The notes below the pieces were generated by a model, which ran no database searches, was not told the DNA's origin, and saw only the letters and a list, made by a program, of their open reading frames with translations. From assembly GCA_963802945.1 (NCBI GenBank), contig CAWDKY010000027.1, forward strand, positions 64,001 through 128,000: 64,000 nt of DNA, in the 5' to 3' direction. This document shows, one piece after another, positions 40,372 through 50,563 of this stretch. Each line of letters opens with the position of its first letter. The first letter of the stretch is position 1. The translations under genes were made by a program, and so were the position numbers. Origin of the DNA: an uncultured delta proteobacterium. GTDB taxonomy: Bacteria; Desulfobacterota; RBG-13-43-22.

Positions 40372-42430
40372 AGTTATTTCCTTTTTCGATCTTAATCTTA
40401 TCTTTTTTTAAAAGGGCCAAGGCCTTTTCCACCACCTGGTCGGCCGTCAATCCGAATTTTTCAAATAAGACCTTGCCGGGGGCAGAGGCCCCGAAGTGAT
40501 CAAAACCGATAACTGCTCCCTGGTCTCCTACATAGGAATGCCATCCTATTGGGCTTCCGGCTTCTATGGCCAGCCGGGCCTTGATTTCCGGAGGTAATAC
40601 TTGGTCGCGATATTCCTTGGGTTGCCGCTTAAATAATTCCCAACTGGGCATACTGACCACCCACGAATGGATTCCCCTGGCTTTTAATTGTTCCATGGCC
40701 TCAAGGGCGATTGAAACCTCTGATCCCGTGGCTATTAAAATAAGCTCCTGCTTTGGACCTTCGCTTTTTTTCAATACGTAAGCCCCGTAGGACAGATGGT
40801 CGGCCGGGGCCATTTGGCTGCGATCTAGGGTGGGCAGATTTTGTCTGGTCAAGACAAGGGCCACAGGACTGCCTTTGATTGTCAAGGCCAAGCGCCAGGC
40901 CTCGGCCGTTTCATTGGCATCGGCTGGCCGGATGACGATCAAATTGGGTATGGCCCGCAGAGCGGCCAACTGCTCAATGGGTTGGTGGGTAGGGCCGTCT
41001 TCCCCCAGGCCGATGCTGTCGTGAGTAAAGACATAAATTACCTTTAAGCCCATCATGGCCGCCAGTCGAATCGGAGGCCGCATGTAATCGGAGAAAATCA
41101 GGAACGTCCCACCGTAAGGAATGATCCCGCCGTGTAAGGCCATACCGTTCATAATGGAACCCAGGCCGTGTTCACGGACACCGAATCGAATATTCCGTTG
41201 ATCGTAGGTCCCGGCTTGAAAATCTTTGGAGCCTTTGATTTCGGTTTTATTGGAAGGGGCTAGATCCGCAGAGCCGCCGATTAGATTCTGCACCTTGGCG
41301 GCCAGGGCATTGAGCACCGTTCCCGAGGCCGCCCGAGTGGCCGTCCCTTTGAGATCGACTGGAAAGACGGGGATTCCCTGGTCCCATCCCTCTGGCAGAT
41401 CTCCGGCTATGATCCGTTTATAGTCTTCAGCCAACTCAGGATAGGCTTTTTGGTAAAATGACAGTAAGGCCTCCCATTGCTTTTCTCTTTTTCCTCCGAC
41501 CTTAATGGCCTTCCGAAATAAATCCAGGGTCTTTGGGGGTACATAGAAGGCAGGCTCCAACGGCCAGCTTAAGTTTTCCTTGGTCAGTCTGACTTCTTCC
41601 GGTCCCAATGGTTCACCATGGGCACTGGCCTTGTTTTCTTTATTGGGGCTTCCACAGCCGATGCAGGTGCGAACAGCGATCAAGGAGGGACATTCGGTCT
41701 CGGCCTGGGCCTTGCGGATTGCTCTCTTAATGGCCTTAAGATCATTCCCATCCTCAATTTGTTGAACATGCCAGCCATAAGCCTTGAACCGGCCTATCCG
41801 GTTTTCCGTAAAGGTAATATCCGTACTGCCCTCGATGGAGATATGATTATCATCATATAAGTAAATCAACTTGCCCAGTTTCAGATGCCCGGCCAGGGAA
41901 GCGGCCTCGTGAGAAACTCCTTCCATCAGGTCCCCGTCGCTGACAATGGCATAGGTAAAATGATCCACGATGGGAAAATTCGGGCGATTAAACCGGGAGG
42001 CCAAAAACCGTTCGGCCATGGCCAGGCCCACTCCATTGGCAAACCCCTGACCAAGAGGTCCGGTGGTGGTTTCCACTCCGGGGGTATGGCCATATTCCGG
42101 ATGGCCCGGGGTTTTACTTCCCCACTGTCTGAAGGCCTTAAGGTCGTCCAGGGAAAGGTCATAACCGGTGAGATGAAGCAAACTGTAAAGCAGCATGGAG
42201 CCGTGACCGGCGGACAGGACAAACCGATCCCGATCAGGCCAAAGAGGATTTTTAGGGTTGTGTTTCAAAAACCGGGTCCAAAGGACATAAGCCATAGGGG
42301 CCGCGCCCATAGGCATGCCCGGATGACCGGAATTGGCTTTCTGGACCGCATCCACAGCGATCATGCGGATGGTGTTGATACACAAATCATCCAATGGATT
42401 GGATTGGGTGTGAGTCATTTCTTTCATCAA
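40364..42430 (-). CDS. tkt: Transketolase
   Basis: [46 protein letters not shown]. Confidence 0.98.
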   Translation of the reverse strand: MMKEMTHTQSNPLDDLCINTIRMIAVDAVQKANSGHPGMPMGAAPMAYVLWTRFLKHNPKNPLWPDRDRFVLSAGHGSMLLYSLLHLTGYDLSLDDLKAFRQWGSKTPGHPEYGHTPGVETTTGPLGQGFANGVGLAMAERFLASRFNRPNFPIVDHFTYAIVSDGDLMEGVSHEAASLAGHLKLGKLIYLYDDNHISIEGSTDITFTENRIGRFKAYGWHVQQIEDGNDLKAIKRAIRKAQAETECPSLIAVRTCIGCGSPNKENKASAHGEPLGPEEVRLTKENLSWPLEPAFYVPPKTLDLFRKAIKVGGKREKQWEALLSFYQKAYPELAEDYKRIIAGDLPEGWDQGIPVFPVDLKGTATRAASGTVLNALAAKVQNLIGGSADLAPSNKTEIKGSKDFQAGTYDQRNIRFGVREHGLGSIMNGMALHGGIIPYGGTFLIFSDYMRPPIRLAAMMGLKVIYVFTHDSIGLGEDGPTHQPIEQLAALRAIPNLIVIRPADANETAEAWRLALTIKGSPVALVLTRQNLPTLDRSQMAPADHLSYGAYVLKKSEGPKQELILIATGSEVSIALEAMEQLKARGIHSWVVSMPSWELFKRQPKEYRDQVLPPEIKARLAIEAGSPIGWHSYVGDQGAVIGFDHFGASAPGKVLFEKFGLTADQVVEKALALLKKDKIKIEKGNNFN

Positions 42431-42525
42431 GTCATCTCCAACTCATTAATGGGGAATAGTTATTAAAGCCAGCCCAATCTATTCCAAGAATGTTGGGTTG
42501 TAAACTAGTTTTTACACCACAATGT

Positions 42526-43110
42526 TTAGACATCTAAATTCCGGACCGCCGTAACACCTAAATCGAAGGCTTCTTTCAGGGCGGTAGGATGATTGGTAAT
42601 GGTCCCTTTCCCTTCTACGGCCCGATAGAAAAGTCCACCTTCATAACTTTTGTCCAGGGCATCGAAAAAATATCTGGCGGTGAGTTGAGCCCCTTCAAAC
42701 AGGTTCTTACCTTTGGTGGCTCCCACGGCAATCAGGTATCCCCGCCCATGGTCATACCTTCTGCTCTGTTTAGGGGGTTTTTTCAGCCTTCTTTTAGACC
42801 ACATGGCCTGGGAGCGATCAACCAGCATCTTGGCCTGGGCAGGCAGCCCGTAAAAAAATATCGGAGAAGATAAAAATATAATTTGGGAGTCCCAAAGAGA
42901 CGGGTAGATTTTGTCCATCTCATCCTGAATCACACATTCCCCGGTCTTATCACAGCCGCCGCATTCACGGCAGCCGGATATTTTCAGGTCCCGAACATAA
43001 ACCTTCCTGATTTTCGCCCCGGCCGCATTGGCCCCTTCCAGCACCTTGTCCAGAAGGAGATCGCTGTTTCCGTTTTTTCTCGGACTGCCGTAAATGCCCA
43101 GGACTTTCAT
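42526..43110 (-). CDS. Iron-sulfur flavoprotein / NADPH-dependent FMN reductase family
   Basis: GSPRKNGNS, CRECGGC-x5-C, SPIFFY. Confidence 0.92.
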   Translation of the reverse strand: MKVLGIYGSPRKNGNSDLLLDKVLEGANAAGAKIRKVYVRDLKISGCRECGGCDKTGECVIQDEMDKIYPSLWDSQIIFLSSPIFFYGLPAQAKMLVDRSQAMWSKRRLKKPPKQSRRYDHGRGYLIAVGATKGKNLFEGAQLTARYFFDALDKSYEGGLFYRAVEGKGTITNHPTALKEAFDLGVTAVRNLDV

Positions 43111-43141
43111 CGGAGAGCCTCTTCTTACACCAAATGAGTTT

Positions 43142-43303
43142 TTATTTTAATCTTTGGTCAATTCCTTCGGACTCACACTCAGGAATGTAACAGGTCACAT
43201 TGACGAATTCACATTTTTGATTACAGGACGGACATTGGTCCGGGGGCGTTTCCGTTTTCAGGGAATATCCACAGTTACTGCATTTCCATTCGTTCTCGGC
43301 CAT
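43142..43303 (-). CDS. Small rubredoxin-like protein (53 aa; not in ORF track)
   Basis: Manual translation MAENEWKCSNCGYSLKTETPPDQCPSCNQKCEFVNVTCYIPECESEGIDQRLK; AAGGAG RBS upstream. Confidence 0.85.
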   Translation of the reverse strand: MAENEWKCSNCGYSLKTETPPDQCPSCNQKCEFVNVTCYIPECESEGIDQRLK

Positions 43304-43356
43304 TGGTTTCATCTCCTTTAAATATGTTGGATTGAATCAAGGGGAAAAACCCCAAC

Positions 43357-43518
43357 CTATTCCTCCGGGGTAAATTGATCCTTGCCTACACCGCATAATG
43401 GACACAACCAGTCATCCGGAAGATCTTCAAAAGCCGTACCGGGAGCAATGCCATTATCCGGATCCCCTTCAGCCGGATCATAAACATATTCGCAAACATC
43501 ACAGACATATTTCTTCAC
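43357..43518 (-). CDS. rd: Rubredoxin (53 aa; not in ORF track)
   Basis: Manual translation (GTG start) [53 protein letters not shown]. Confidence 0.95.
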   Translation of the reverse strand: MKKYVCDVCEYVYDPAEGDPDNGIAPGTAFEDLPDDWLCPLCGVGKDQFTPEE

Positions 43519-43551
43519 GGTCTGCCGCCGTTCTTTTTAAACTATTTTTCC

Positions 43552-44403
43552 TCAGACATAGTCTTCCAGGATTTTGTTCATTCTCTCTTGATCCACGCCT
43601 TGCCCGATCAAGGGGCCTTGTTGCAACACCTTGAAATGATCTTCAAAGGTCGGCCTCTGGTTTTGATAAATGACACCCACGGGAATCCTTTCCCCCCATT
43701 CGATGGCTGTTTTCATGGCCTTTTCCCAATCAGCAGGATCATGGTCTTTTGGTAATTCATAACAGCGCTTCTTGTACCAGGCGAAGGTATTCACCTTATT
43801 AAAAGAGACACACGGTTGCAGGATATCCACCAAAGAAAAACCTTTATGGGTTATGGCTTGCCGAATCAGGGCCGTCAAATGATCGGTCATTCCTGAAAAA
43901 CCTCGGGCCACAAAACCGGCCTGCATGGCCACGGCTACGGCTATCGGATTAAAAGGGATCGAAGGCACACCCTGGGGTTGGGCCTTGGTAATCAGGCCTT
44001 CATCTGTGGTCGGGCTGGCCTGTCCCTTGGTCAGGCCATAGATCTGGTTATTATGAACCAGCAGGGTCAGATTGATATTCCGGCGGATGGCGGCCAGAAA
44101 ATGATTGCCTCCTTCCCCATAGTTGCACCCGTCACCGCTTTCAACAAGGACCGTTAAATCCGGGTTGGCCAATTTCGCCCCGGTGGCCACGGGCAGGGAT
44201 CGGCCATGAAGGCCATTGAAGACATTGGCCTTGAGATAATGGGGGGCCTTAGCGGCCTGGCCGATACCGGAAACGAAAAGGACTTCCCGGGGTTTCAGCC
44301 CCAGGCCGACCAAGGCCTGTTTGACGGCCTGGAGTATGGAAAAATTTCCACATCCCGGGCACCAGGCGGTTTCAAAAGTTCCGTAATCTTCCAAAGTGAC
44401 CAT
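43552..44403 (-). CDS. 2-oxoacid:ferredoxin oxidoreductase beta subunit
   Basis: WCPGCG, SGIG, LHGR, GDG...NNQIYGLTKGQASPT, QPCVSFN. Confidence 0.95.
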   Translation of the reverse strand: MVTLEDYGTFETAWCPGCGNFSILQAVKQALVGLGLKPREVLFVSGIGQAAKAPHYLKANVFNGLHGRSLPVATGAKLANPDLTVLVESGDGCNYGEGGNHFLAAIRRNINLTLLVHNNQIYGLTKGQASPTTDEGLITKAQPQGVPSIPFNPIAVAVAMQAGFVARGFSGMTDHLTALIRQAITHKGFSLVDILQPCVSFNKVNTFAWYKKRCYELPKDHDPADWEKAMKTAIEWGERIPVGVIYQNQRPTFEDHFKVLQQGPLIGQGVDQERMNKILEDYV

Positions 44404-44528
44404 AAATAAATTCCGCTTATCTGAACTTTTATAAAACTGATGGACCTTGGAGTTGAAGCCTCGATAGACGTTTTTGTTCGCCCCACTTCTCGGCTCACAC
44501 CCACTCCTTCAGGGTGGCTCCCGTTTCA

Positions 44529-46214
44529 TCAGCCTGCCAAATGTTTTAAAATATATTCCGGTGTTATTGGCAGTCCATCATAGCGCAGCACCTGTTTGGC
44601 AATTTGAAAACCAGTTTCTCTGCGGATCAGGCGGGAAAATTGTCCCAGGGCATTCCCCTCCAACGCAATCACTTTTTTAGCTTCTTTCAAAAAAGGGATA
44701 AATTGATCCGGCACCATTGGCCACACCTGGGAAAAACAAAGGGTTCCCACCCGTTTTCCCTGTAATCTCAGTTTGGCGGCGGCTTCCAGGACAGATCCCC
44801 TGGTGGATCCCCAGGTAACCAGCAACAGATCCGGCTTTTGATCACCGGTGAACTGGGGGGGCACTACCTTGAGGGCCAGGGCTTTCATCTTTTTGAGCCG
44901 CTTTTCCACCATCTGTTTTCTCACCGATAAATCTTCGGTCAGATGGCCGTCTTCCGTATGTTCATCACTATCGGCTATGACCAGGTTCTCCGTCTTTCCT
45001 GGAATCAAACGCGGCGAGATACCGTCTTCGGTTATGGCATATCGAAGATAAGGCCGGGAAGGAGGAGAACCATCGGAACCCGGGGGAATCCAGGAAAGGG
45101 CCTTTAGATCAAAAGGCTCCACCGCCCGATAGGCGTCGGCTAAAAATTGATCGGTTAAAAGAAAAATCGGGGTTTGGAGAGACTGGGCCAGTTCAAAGGC
45201 TTTTCGGATCAGGTGGAAGCATTCTTCAACGTTGCCGGGAACAAAGACAGCTCTGGGAAATTCACCGTGTCCGGCGTGTAAAATGAATTCCAGATCGGCC
45301 TGTTCGGTTCTGGTAGGCAGTCCGGTGGCCGGTGCGGGACGCTGGGCTACAACGATGACCAGCGGAGTCTCGGTCATTCCGGCCAGGCTGATCCCTTCCA
45401 CCATCAGGGCAAAGCCCCCGCCTGAGGTGGCCACCATACTGGGGGCCCCTGCAAAGGAGGCCCCGATAGCCATATTGACAGCCGCAATTTCATCTTCGGC
45501 CTGTTCGACAATCAGTCCCATAGCCTCGGCCTGGGCGGCCAGAGCAAGACCAATGGATGTGGACGGGGTCATAGGATAGAACGAAAAAAATTTTAATCCG
45601 GAGGATAAGGCCCCCAAGGCAATGGCCTCGTTTCCGTTGATCATCAAACGCCTGGATGGATTGGGAATAGGTGGTAGTTTTGGAAAGGGTACTGTCTGGC
45701 CCTCGGTCCATTGATAAGCAGTTTTAAGGGCCTTTTGGTTTTCTTGGATTGCAGAAAGGTCTTTAGGACCAAAAAATTCCTTTATGGCCGAACCGAGGCC
45801 ATCCTGCGGGAGCCCTAACAAGGCGCCGACCACGCCCAAGGCCACTGTATTGGAATATCGATTTGAGGCCAATTTTTTGAATGGGACTTGTAAACAGGCC
45901 GGTCCTTTGACTTCCCAAGCGCTATCAACTACCATCAGGCCTGCGGGGAAAAGCTCTGCTCTATGAAGAGTTATGGTCTGTTCATCCAGGGCGATCAGCA
46001 AATCAATCGTTTCCTGAGGGGCCAAAATTTCCTCAATGCCGGTTCGTATGGAAAAGGTGTTGTGCCCTCCTCGAACCCGTGATTGATAACTCTGAGTGAC
46101 CCCGATAAAGTAACCGTTTCGAGTCAGAGCTTTGGCCAGCAACTGACCGATGGTGACCAGCCCTTGCCCCGCTTCACCGCCGATAACCATATTGATAGAG
46201 GTGAAGGCCATCAT
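44529..46214 (-). CDS. 2-oxoacid:ferredoxin oxidoreductase alpha subunit
   Basis: GGEAGQG, SRVRGGH, YPMTPST, QAEDEIAA, TSGGG, TGLPTRTEQAD. Confidence 0.95.
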   Translation of the reverse strand: MMAFTSINMVIGGEAGQGLVTIGQLLAKALTRNGYFIGVTQSYQSRVRGGHNTFSIRTGIEEILAPQETIDLLIALDEQTITLHRAELFPAGLMVVDSAWEVKGPACLQVPFKKLASNRYSNTVALGVVGALLGLPQDGLGSAIKEFFGPKDLSAIQENQKALKTAYQWTEGQTVPFPKLPPIPNPSRRLMINGNEAIALGALSSGLKFFSFYPMTPSTSIGLALAAQAEAMGLIVEQAEDEIAAVNMAIGASFAGAPSMVATSGGGFALMVEGISLAGMTETPLVIVVAQRPAPATGLPTRTEQADLEFILHAGHGEFPRAVFVPGNVEECFHLIRKAFELAQSLQTPIFLLTDQFLADAYRAVEPFDLKALSWIPPGSDGSPPSRPYLRYAITEDGISPRLIPGKTENLVIADSDEHTEDGHLTEDLSVRKQMVEKRLKKMKALALKVVPPQFTGDQKPDLLLVTWGSTRGSVLEAAAKLRLQGKRVGTLCFSQVWPMVPDQFIPFLKEAKKVIALEGNALGQFSRLIRRETGFQIAKQVLRYDGLPITPEYILKHLAG

Positions 46215-46744
46215 ACCCCATCTAAGCCGGCTCGTTCTTTTTCCATAAACCACCCCTGGGGATCAGTCAGATAATAACGGGTATCCTTCAAGGCCTTCCA
46301 GTGTCCCTTTTCTTCCAGGATCATCTGGTCCAGGAAGGCCGCCTCAATAGGATCAATGGCCTTGGTCCGGTGTTCCTGGTAAAATTTTATACTGGCCGAT
46401 TCAAGATCCAATCCGATATCAACGGCCTCCAAATCCGTGGTCTCGGCCTTTATTTTTTTCCTTTCCTTAGGTGCCAGATTTTGAAAAAGCATTTCCAGAT
46501 CATGGGAAGGAGCCTTGATGGATTCCCAATCTCTGGTCCAGCATCTTTGGGAGGTCAGGGTATTATGGATTTGTTTTATCCGCCCGGTGTGAATGACTTC
46601 ATCCTTCATCAGGGCGGAAAAGATTTCCATACACTGAGGATTCCGGCAGGTCGTCGCGGCCTTTTTATAGAACGCTTTCCCTTTTTCTTCCATGTCCAAG
46701 GCTGCGGAAAGCATGTCCATCGAACACTGGTTTTGATCAACCAT
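46211..46744 (-). CDS. Ferritin-like (rubrerythrin family) diiron protein
   Basis: ALDMEEKG..FY, DEVIH, LESASIKFY, EEKGH. Confidence 0.9.
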   Translation of the reverse strand: MVDQNQCSMDMLSAALDMEEKGKAFYKKAATTCRNPQCMEIFSALMKDEVIHTGRIKQIHNTLTSQRCWTRDWESIKAPSHDLEMLFQNLAPKERKKIKAETTDLEAVDIGLDLESASIKFYQEHRTKAIDPIEAAFLDQMILEEKGHWKALKDTRYYLTDPQGWFMEKERAGLDGV

Positions 46745-46748
46745 TTTT

Positions 46749-47123
46749 TCAGGCCTTCCACAAGCCATGCAGGTTACAATATTCCCGAGCCGTAATCTGG
46801 GCGGCCTGAATATCAAATTGGGCCTCCGGGACCTCTCCCGGTTTAAGGAACTGGCGATAGGCCTTCCCGTCGGCAATTACTTCTATCCATTCAATATAAT
46901 GTTTCTCTTCCATGGGATGGGCCACGCTTCCCACTTTGACTTTGAAGCCGGTGGCGGTTTTTTCTATGACCGGTACATGCTTTTCCTTGGAAGCGTCAAC
47001 GGTATTGGCAACGAATAACTTCATGGGTTGTCCGCAGCAAACCAGTTCTCCTTTGCCATCATGAAGAACCTCTACTATGTTTCCACAAACTTCACATTTG
47101 TAAATCTGTAATCTTTCAGTCAT
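46749..47123 (-). CDS. dfx: Desulfoferrodoxin (superoxide reductase)
   Basis: [23 protein letters not shown]...[14 protein letters not shown]. Confidence 0.97.
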   Translation of the reverse strand: MTERLQIYKCEVCGNIVEVLHDGKGELVCCGQPMKLFVANTVDASKEKHVPVIEKTATGFKVKVGSVAHPMEEKHYIEWIEVIADGKAYRQFLKPGEVPEAQFDIQAAQITAREYCNLHGLWKA

Positions 47124-47205
47124 TGGAATTTCTCCTTTCGCAAATACTGGGGTTTAAGGGTTCGAGATATAAATAAAATATTTTCGCCCATTGCCTGGCT
47201 TTAAA

Positions 47206-47778
47206 CTACCAATTTTCCGCCAACAACTCATAATAATCCCTGGGGTGGGCACAAGCCGGGCACTGTTCCGGAGCTTCCGCACCTTCATGAAGATAGCCGC
47301 AATTCAAGCATCGCCAAACTACCGGCCGATCCTTTTTAAAAACCTTACCGGCCTGAATATTAGCCAAAAGCCCCAAATATCTTTTTTCATGCTGCTTCTC
47401 AGCCACAGAAATGTAATCAAAAATTTTGGCGATGTCGTTAAAATCTTCTTCCCGGGCGATTTTGGCAAAACCAGGATACATTTCAGTCCACTCATAATGC
47501 TCGCCACCGGCGCTGGCTGCCAAATTCTCGGCGGTGGAACCGATCACCCCCGCCGGAAAGGCTGCCTGGATTTGTGCTTCACCTCCCTGGAGCAGCTTAA
47601 ACAGCCTTTTGGCATGTTCTTTTTCTTGATTGGCCGTCTCTTCAAAGATAAGCGAAATCTGAATCAATCCTTCTGTCTTGGCCTGACTGGCAAAGTAGGT
47701 GTATCGATTTCGCGCCTGGGATTCGCCGGCAAAAGCGGTGAGGATATTTTTTTCGGTCTTGGATCCTTTTAGATTCAT
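47206..47778 (-). CDS. rbr: Rubrerythrin
   Basis: AFAGESQARNRY, EKEHA, GEHYE, EKQHE, C-terminal WRCLNCG...CPACAHP. Confidence 0.97.
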   Translation of the reverse strand: MNLKGSKTEKNILTAFAGESQARNRYTYFASQAKTEGLIQISLIFEETANQEKEHAKRLFKLLQGGEAQIQAAFPAGVIGSTAENLAASAGGEHYEWTEMYPGFAKIAREEDFNDIAKIFDYISVAEKQHEKRYLGLLANIQAGKVFKKDRPVVWRCLNCGYLHEGAEAPEQCPACAHPRDYYELLAENW

Positions 47779-48000
47779 GATGCCTTCTCCTTTCTCTAAT
47801 TTCTGAATGATTTGTGGTTGATTTTCTGTATTACCGGTTTGCCTTTGTTTGTTAGTGTTAAGGTTTATAAGCCAGTTGTTATAAAACCTCATGCCCTCTT
47901 GGGTGGGGAATTCGAAACATGAAAATGATTCTAAGGAATCAAGGATTCAAGTGAAAGGCTTTGGAAGTTAAAACCCTTGAACCTTATTTTCTTTAAAAAT

Positions 48001-48045
48001 TAATAGTAATAATTATTACGATAAAAACTTTTTTCGCGATGTCAA
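48001..48045 (-). promoter_or_regulatory. PerR/Fur-like box overlapping the rbr operon promoter
   Basis: AT-rich palindrome TAATAGTAATAATTATTACG next to a minus-strand TTGACA (48040-48045). Confidence 0.6.
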
Positions 48046-48151
48046 GGGGTTTAAGGAAAAAATGACGCTTCTTCTGATTTTATTTATATTGAACATGAGC
48101 AGTCCGCCCCGAACCTGGGACAGATCCAAGCATTTTATTAAGGTAATTTGT

Positions 48152-48718
48152 TTAGCGGGGGAGGATGATCAGAGTGTCTCCTGCTCGAACCGGTTTATTT
48201 TTACTCCGTTTATTCCATTGTAGCAGCTCATTCGTGGAAACCTTGTACTTGATGGCGATACTACGCAGCGTTTCCCCCTTTTTCACTTTATATTGAATTT
48301 TTTCATTCTTCGATGAAGTTGGAATCGGCTTCTTCTCCTCTATTCTTTTTTGTTCCATTCTTCCAAGTTTAACCAATAAATTCTGGTTGGCGGCCTCTAG
48401 GGCCTTTAACCTGGATTCCAAATGATTCTGATAATCTTGATTCGCTTTAATTGTCTGGTCGAGTTTTTCACCTTGTTCCTTGAAACTGGTCTCCAAAATT
48501 TTTATTTTCTTTTCCATTTTTGAAGCTGTTCCCGAACTTTCCTGGAAGAAAATAATATATCCGATATAAACTAAACCTAAAACGATCAGACTGCCGAAAA
48601 TAATTTCTAAAGACGAGAGTGCAAAACGTTGTTTTAAATGAGACGAGTTTTGGGGATTCCGGGAGGTTGGGGTTTCCGAATTTGATTGATTTTCCATTTG
48701 ATTTTCCAAAAAGAGCAA
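48152..48718 (-). CDS. Membrane-anchored coiled-coil protein with LysM domain
   Basis: One TM helix, coiled coil, YKVKKGETLRSIA.KY.VS..EL..WN. Confidence 0.88.
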   Translation of the reverse strand: MLFLENQMENQSNSETPTSRNPQNSSHLKQRFALSSLEIIFGSLIVLGLVYIGYIIFFQESSGTASKMEKKIKILETSFKEQGEKLDQTIKANQDYQNHLESRLKALEAANQNLLVKLGRMEQKRIEEKKPIPTSSKNEKIQYKVKKGETLRSIAIKYKVSTNELLQWNKRSKNKPVRAGDTLIILPR

Positions 48719-48855
48719 TTTGTTAGGTTAAAAAGTATTGACCTTTAAGATTACATTTTATTTACCTTATCAAATATCGACTTGATTTGTCAATTGAGGT
48801 CTGAAATTCCTTTTCTTCGGTTCGGTCGTGAGTCACCTCCATAAGCTGGTTCATT

Positions 48856-49344
48856 TTGCCACACTTTTCACTGGGGGAGGTTCAAGATGTAAATACTTTA
48901 GGAACACAAAAAAACCAAGGACTTAGTTCATTCCTTTCTATCTTAAACCTCTTGGATGTCAATGCTGATGAGAAGATAGATACCAATGAATTGAAATTTG
49001 GTGCTGGTTTTATGATCAACAGTCTGATCCATGTCCAAGACCAGAATAACGATCATTTACTTAGTGCCGAAGAATTAGGGGTCTCCCCAAACATTGTTTC
49101 TCAATTGGATACCGATTCTGATGGAAAGTTGAGTGCCAAAGAAATGATATTGGCAACCGAGAAGCTCATTGACGGGTTAGTACCGATTCTGGACACTAAC
49201 GGCGACGGCGCCTTGAGTCGAGATGAATTGGCTGTTCTTCAATTACTTTTTGCCGGGCAGAAAGCCACTGGAGCTTATCAGCCTGCGGGTTCGGGAACAG
49301 AGAACTCTTTTGGCCTCCAAAAGCTTTTTAGTCTGAAGGTTTAA
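48856..49344 (+). CDS. EF-hand repeat protein (start uncertain)
   Basis: Four DxD/NxDG-like loops: DVNADEKIDTNE, DQNNDHLLSAEE, DTDSDGKLSAKE, DTNGDGALSRDE. Confidence 0.8.
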   Translation: MPHFSLGEVQDVNTLGTQKNQGLSSFLSILNLLDVNADEKIDTNELKFGAGFMINSLIHVQDQNNDHLLSAEELGVSPNIVSQLDTDSDGKLSAKEMILATEKLIDGLVPILDTNGDGALSRDELAVLQLLFAGQKATGAYQPAGSGTENSFGLQKLFSLKV

Positions 49345-49372
49345 GAAATTTCAGTGTTAACCCAAGCCGGAA

Positions 49373-49418
49373 AAGGGTAATGACCAAACCAAGGGGGGTT
49401 GGTCATTACCCTTCTTTC
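49373..49418 (+). terminator. Intrinsic terminator
   Basis: AAGGGTAATGACCAA...TTGGTCATTACCCTT stem followed by CTTTC. Confidence 0.7.
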
Positions 49419-49564
49419 CTACTTAAGCCGGTTTCTCCAATGCAACTTTTAAATCCTTATAAAAAAATGCTTGCTATACTCCCCAACAATTCTTATCATT
49501 GCTCCGAATGACAGCCTCGTAAAAACCTCCTTAACCGTCATTCCCGCGAACCTGAAATTAATTT

Positions 49565-49720
49565 AGGGGGTCGCCGGGGTGAGGTCCCTGCCCGGGCGGG
49601 ATTGAACATGGAAAGCCAGCCCCCCGACAAGCTCTGGGCCTTGAGCTGGTCGAAAAAGCCTATTTCCAGTCACACCTGTGGGTCTGTCCCGAAGATGGCG
49701 GGAATAGAGCGCGTGCTTCC
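49565..49720 (+). other. GC-rich multi-stem non-coding element
   Basis: Hairpins TCCCTGCC/GGCGGGGA, TGGAAA/TTTCCA, CGACAAGCTC/GAGCTGGTCG, TCTGTCCCG/CGGGAATAGA. Confidence 0.5.
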
Positions 49721-49763
49721 TTATTAAGATTAACTAACGACATCTGTAAAGAAGGGATTATAA

Positions 49764-50558
49764 ATGGCTGATAAAACAGAAGCGGGAAAAAAGATGGGTT
49801 ATGTAGAAATGCAGGATTTTTTTGAAAGGACCCTAAAATTGGAGACTCCGCCCGTGGCCGTCAGATTTGTCCGCCAAGGCGAGGGAAAACCAAAAGGCGT
49901 AAGCACCAACATCAAACCCATCTCCTTTTGCCAAGCGGTCACTGTGGCCAGGCAGGGGAATTATTCCGTCTATTTAACCAGAGAGAACCTGAGCTGCCCC
50001 AATGCCCGACTGGCCTTTGGCCTGGGCAACGAAGAGGAAATCAAAAGGGATCGGGAAAACCAGATTTCGAAATACCATAACTATGCCCCGAATAAAGAAG
50101 TCTGGGAAAAAATGGTGGATAAGAAATTTGCTATTCCTCCTGGAGAGGTAACGGGGGTAGCCGTTGCTCCCCTGGCCAGGGCCAAATTTATCCCCGATGC
50201 CTTGATTTTTACCGTGGTGCCCTGGCAGGCTTACTTCCTGATGAACGGCTATTTTTTTATGACCGGTGATATGCCGCTTAATTTCACCATGGCTACCAAT
50301 TCTCTGGTCTGCGGTTATGCGGCCGGCATTGCCGGCTGGGATAAAAAAATCAACCTGGCTACAGCCTGTTCAGGCGGACGAAGTTACGCAGGAACGGAAA
50401 GTATTCATATCTATTTTGCCATTCCTTGGGAATTGGTTGATATTGAGATCGAGGGACTTAAGCAACGATCCAAAGTGGCCCCTTATCCCGGTCTGATCAC
50501 CGTTCCCTTGGGGGTACCCAAACCGGGAAAACACTTCTTCAAAAGCGAAGAGGACTAA
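49764..50558 (+). CDS. DUF169 family protein
   Basis: LKLETPPVAV, FCQAV..AR, LSCPNARLAFG, APL....PD, C...CSGGR. Confidence 0.88.
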   Translation: MADKTEAGKKMGYVEMQDFFERTLKLETPPVAVRFVRQGEGKPKGVSTNIKPISFCQAVTVARQGNYSVYLTRENLSCPNARLAFGLGNEEEIKRDRENQISKYHNYAPNKEVWEKMVDKKFAIPPGEVTGVAVAPLARAKFIPDALIFTVVPWQAYFLMNGYFFMTGDMPLNFTMATNSLVCGYAAGIAGWDKKINLATACSGGRSYAGTESIHIYFAIPWELVDIEIEGLKQRSKVAPYPGLITVPLGVPKPGKHFFKSEED

Positions 50559-50563
50559 TAGCC

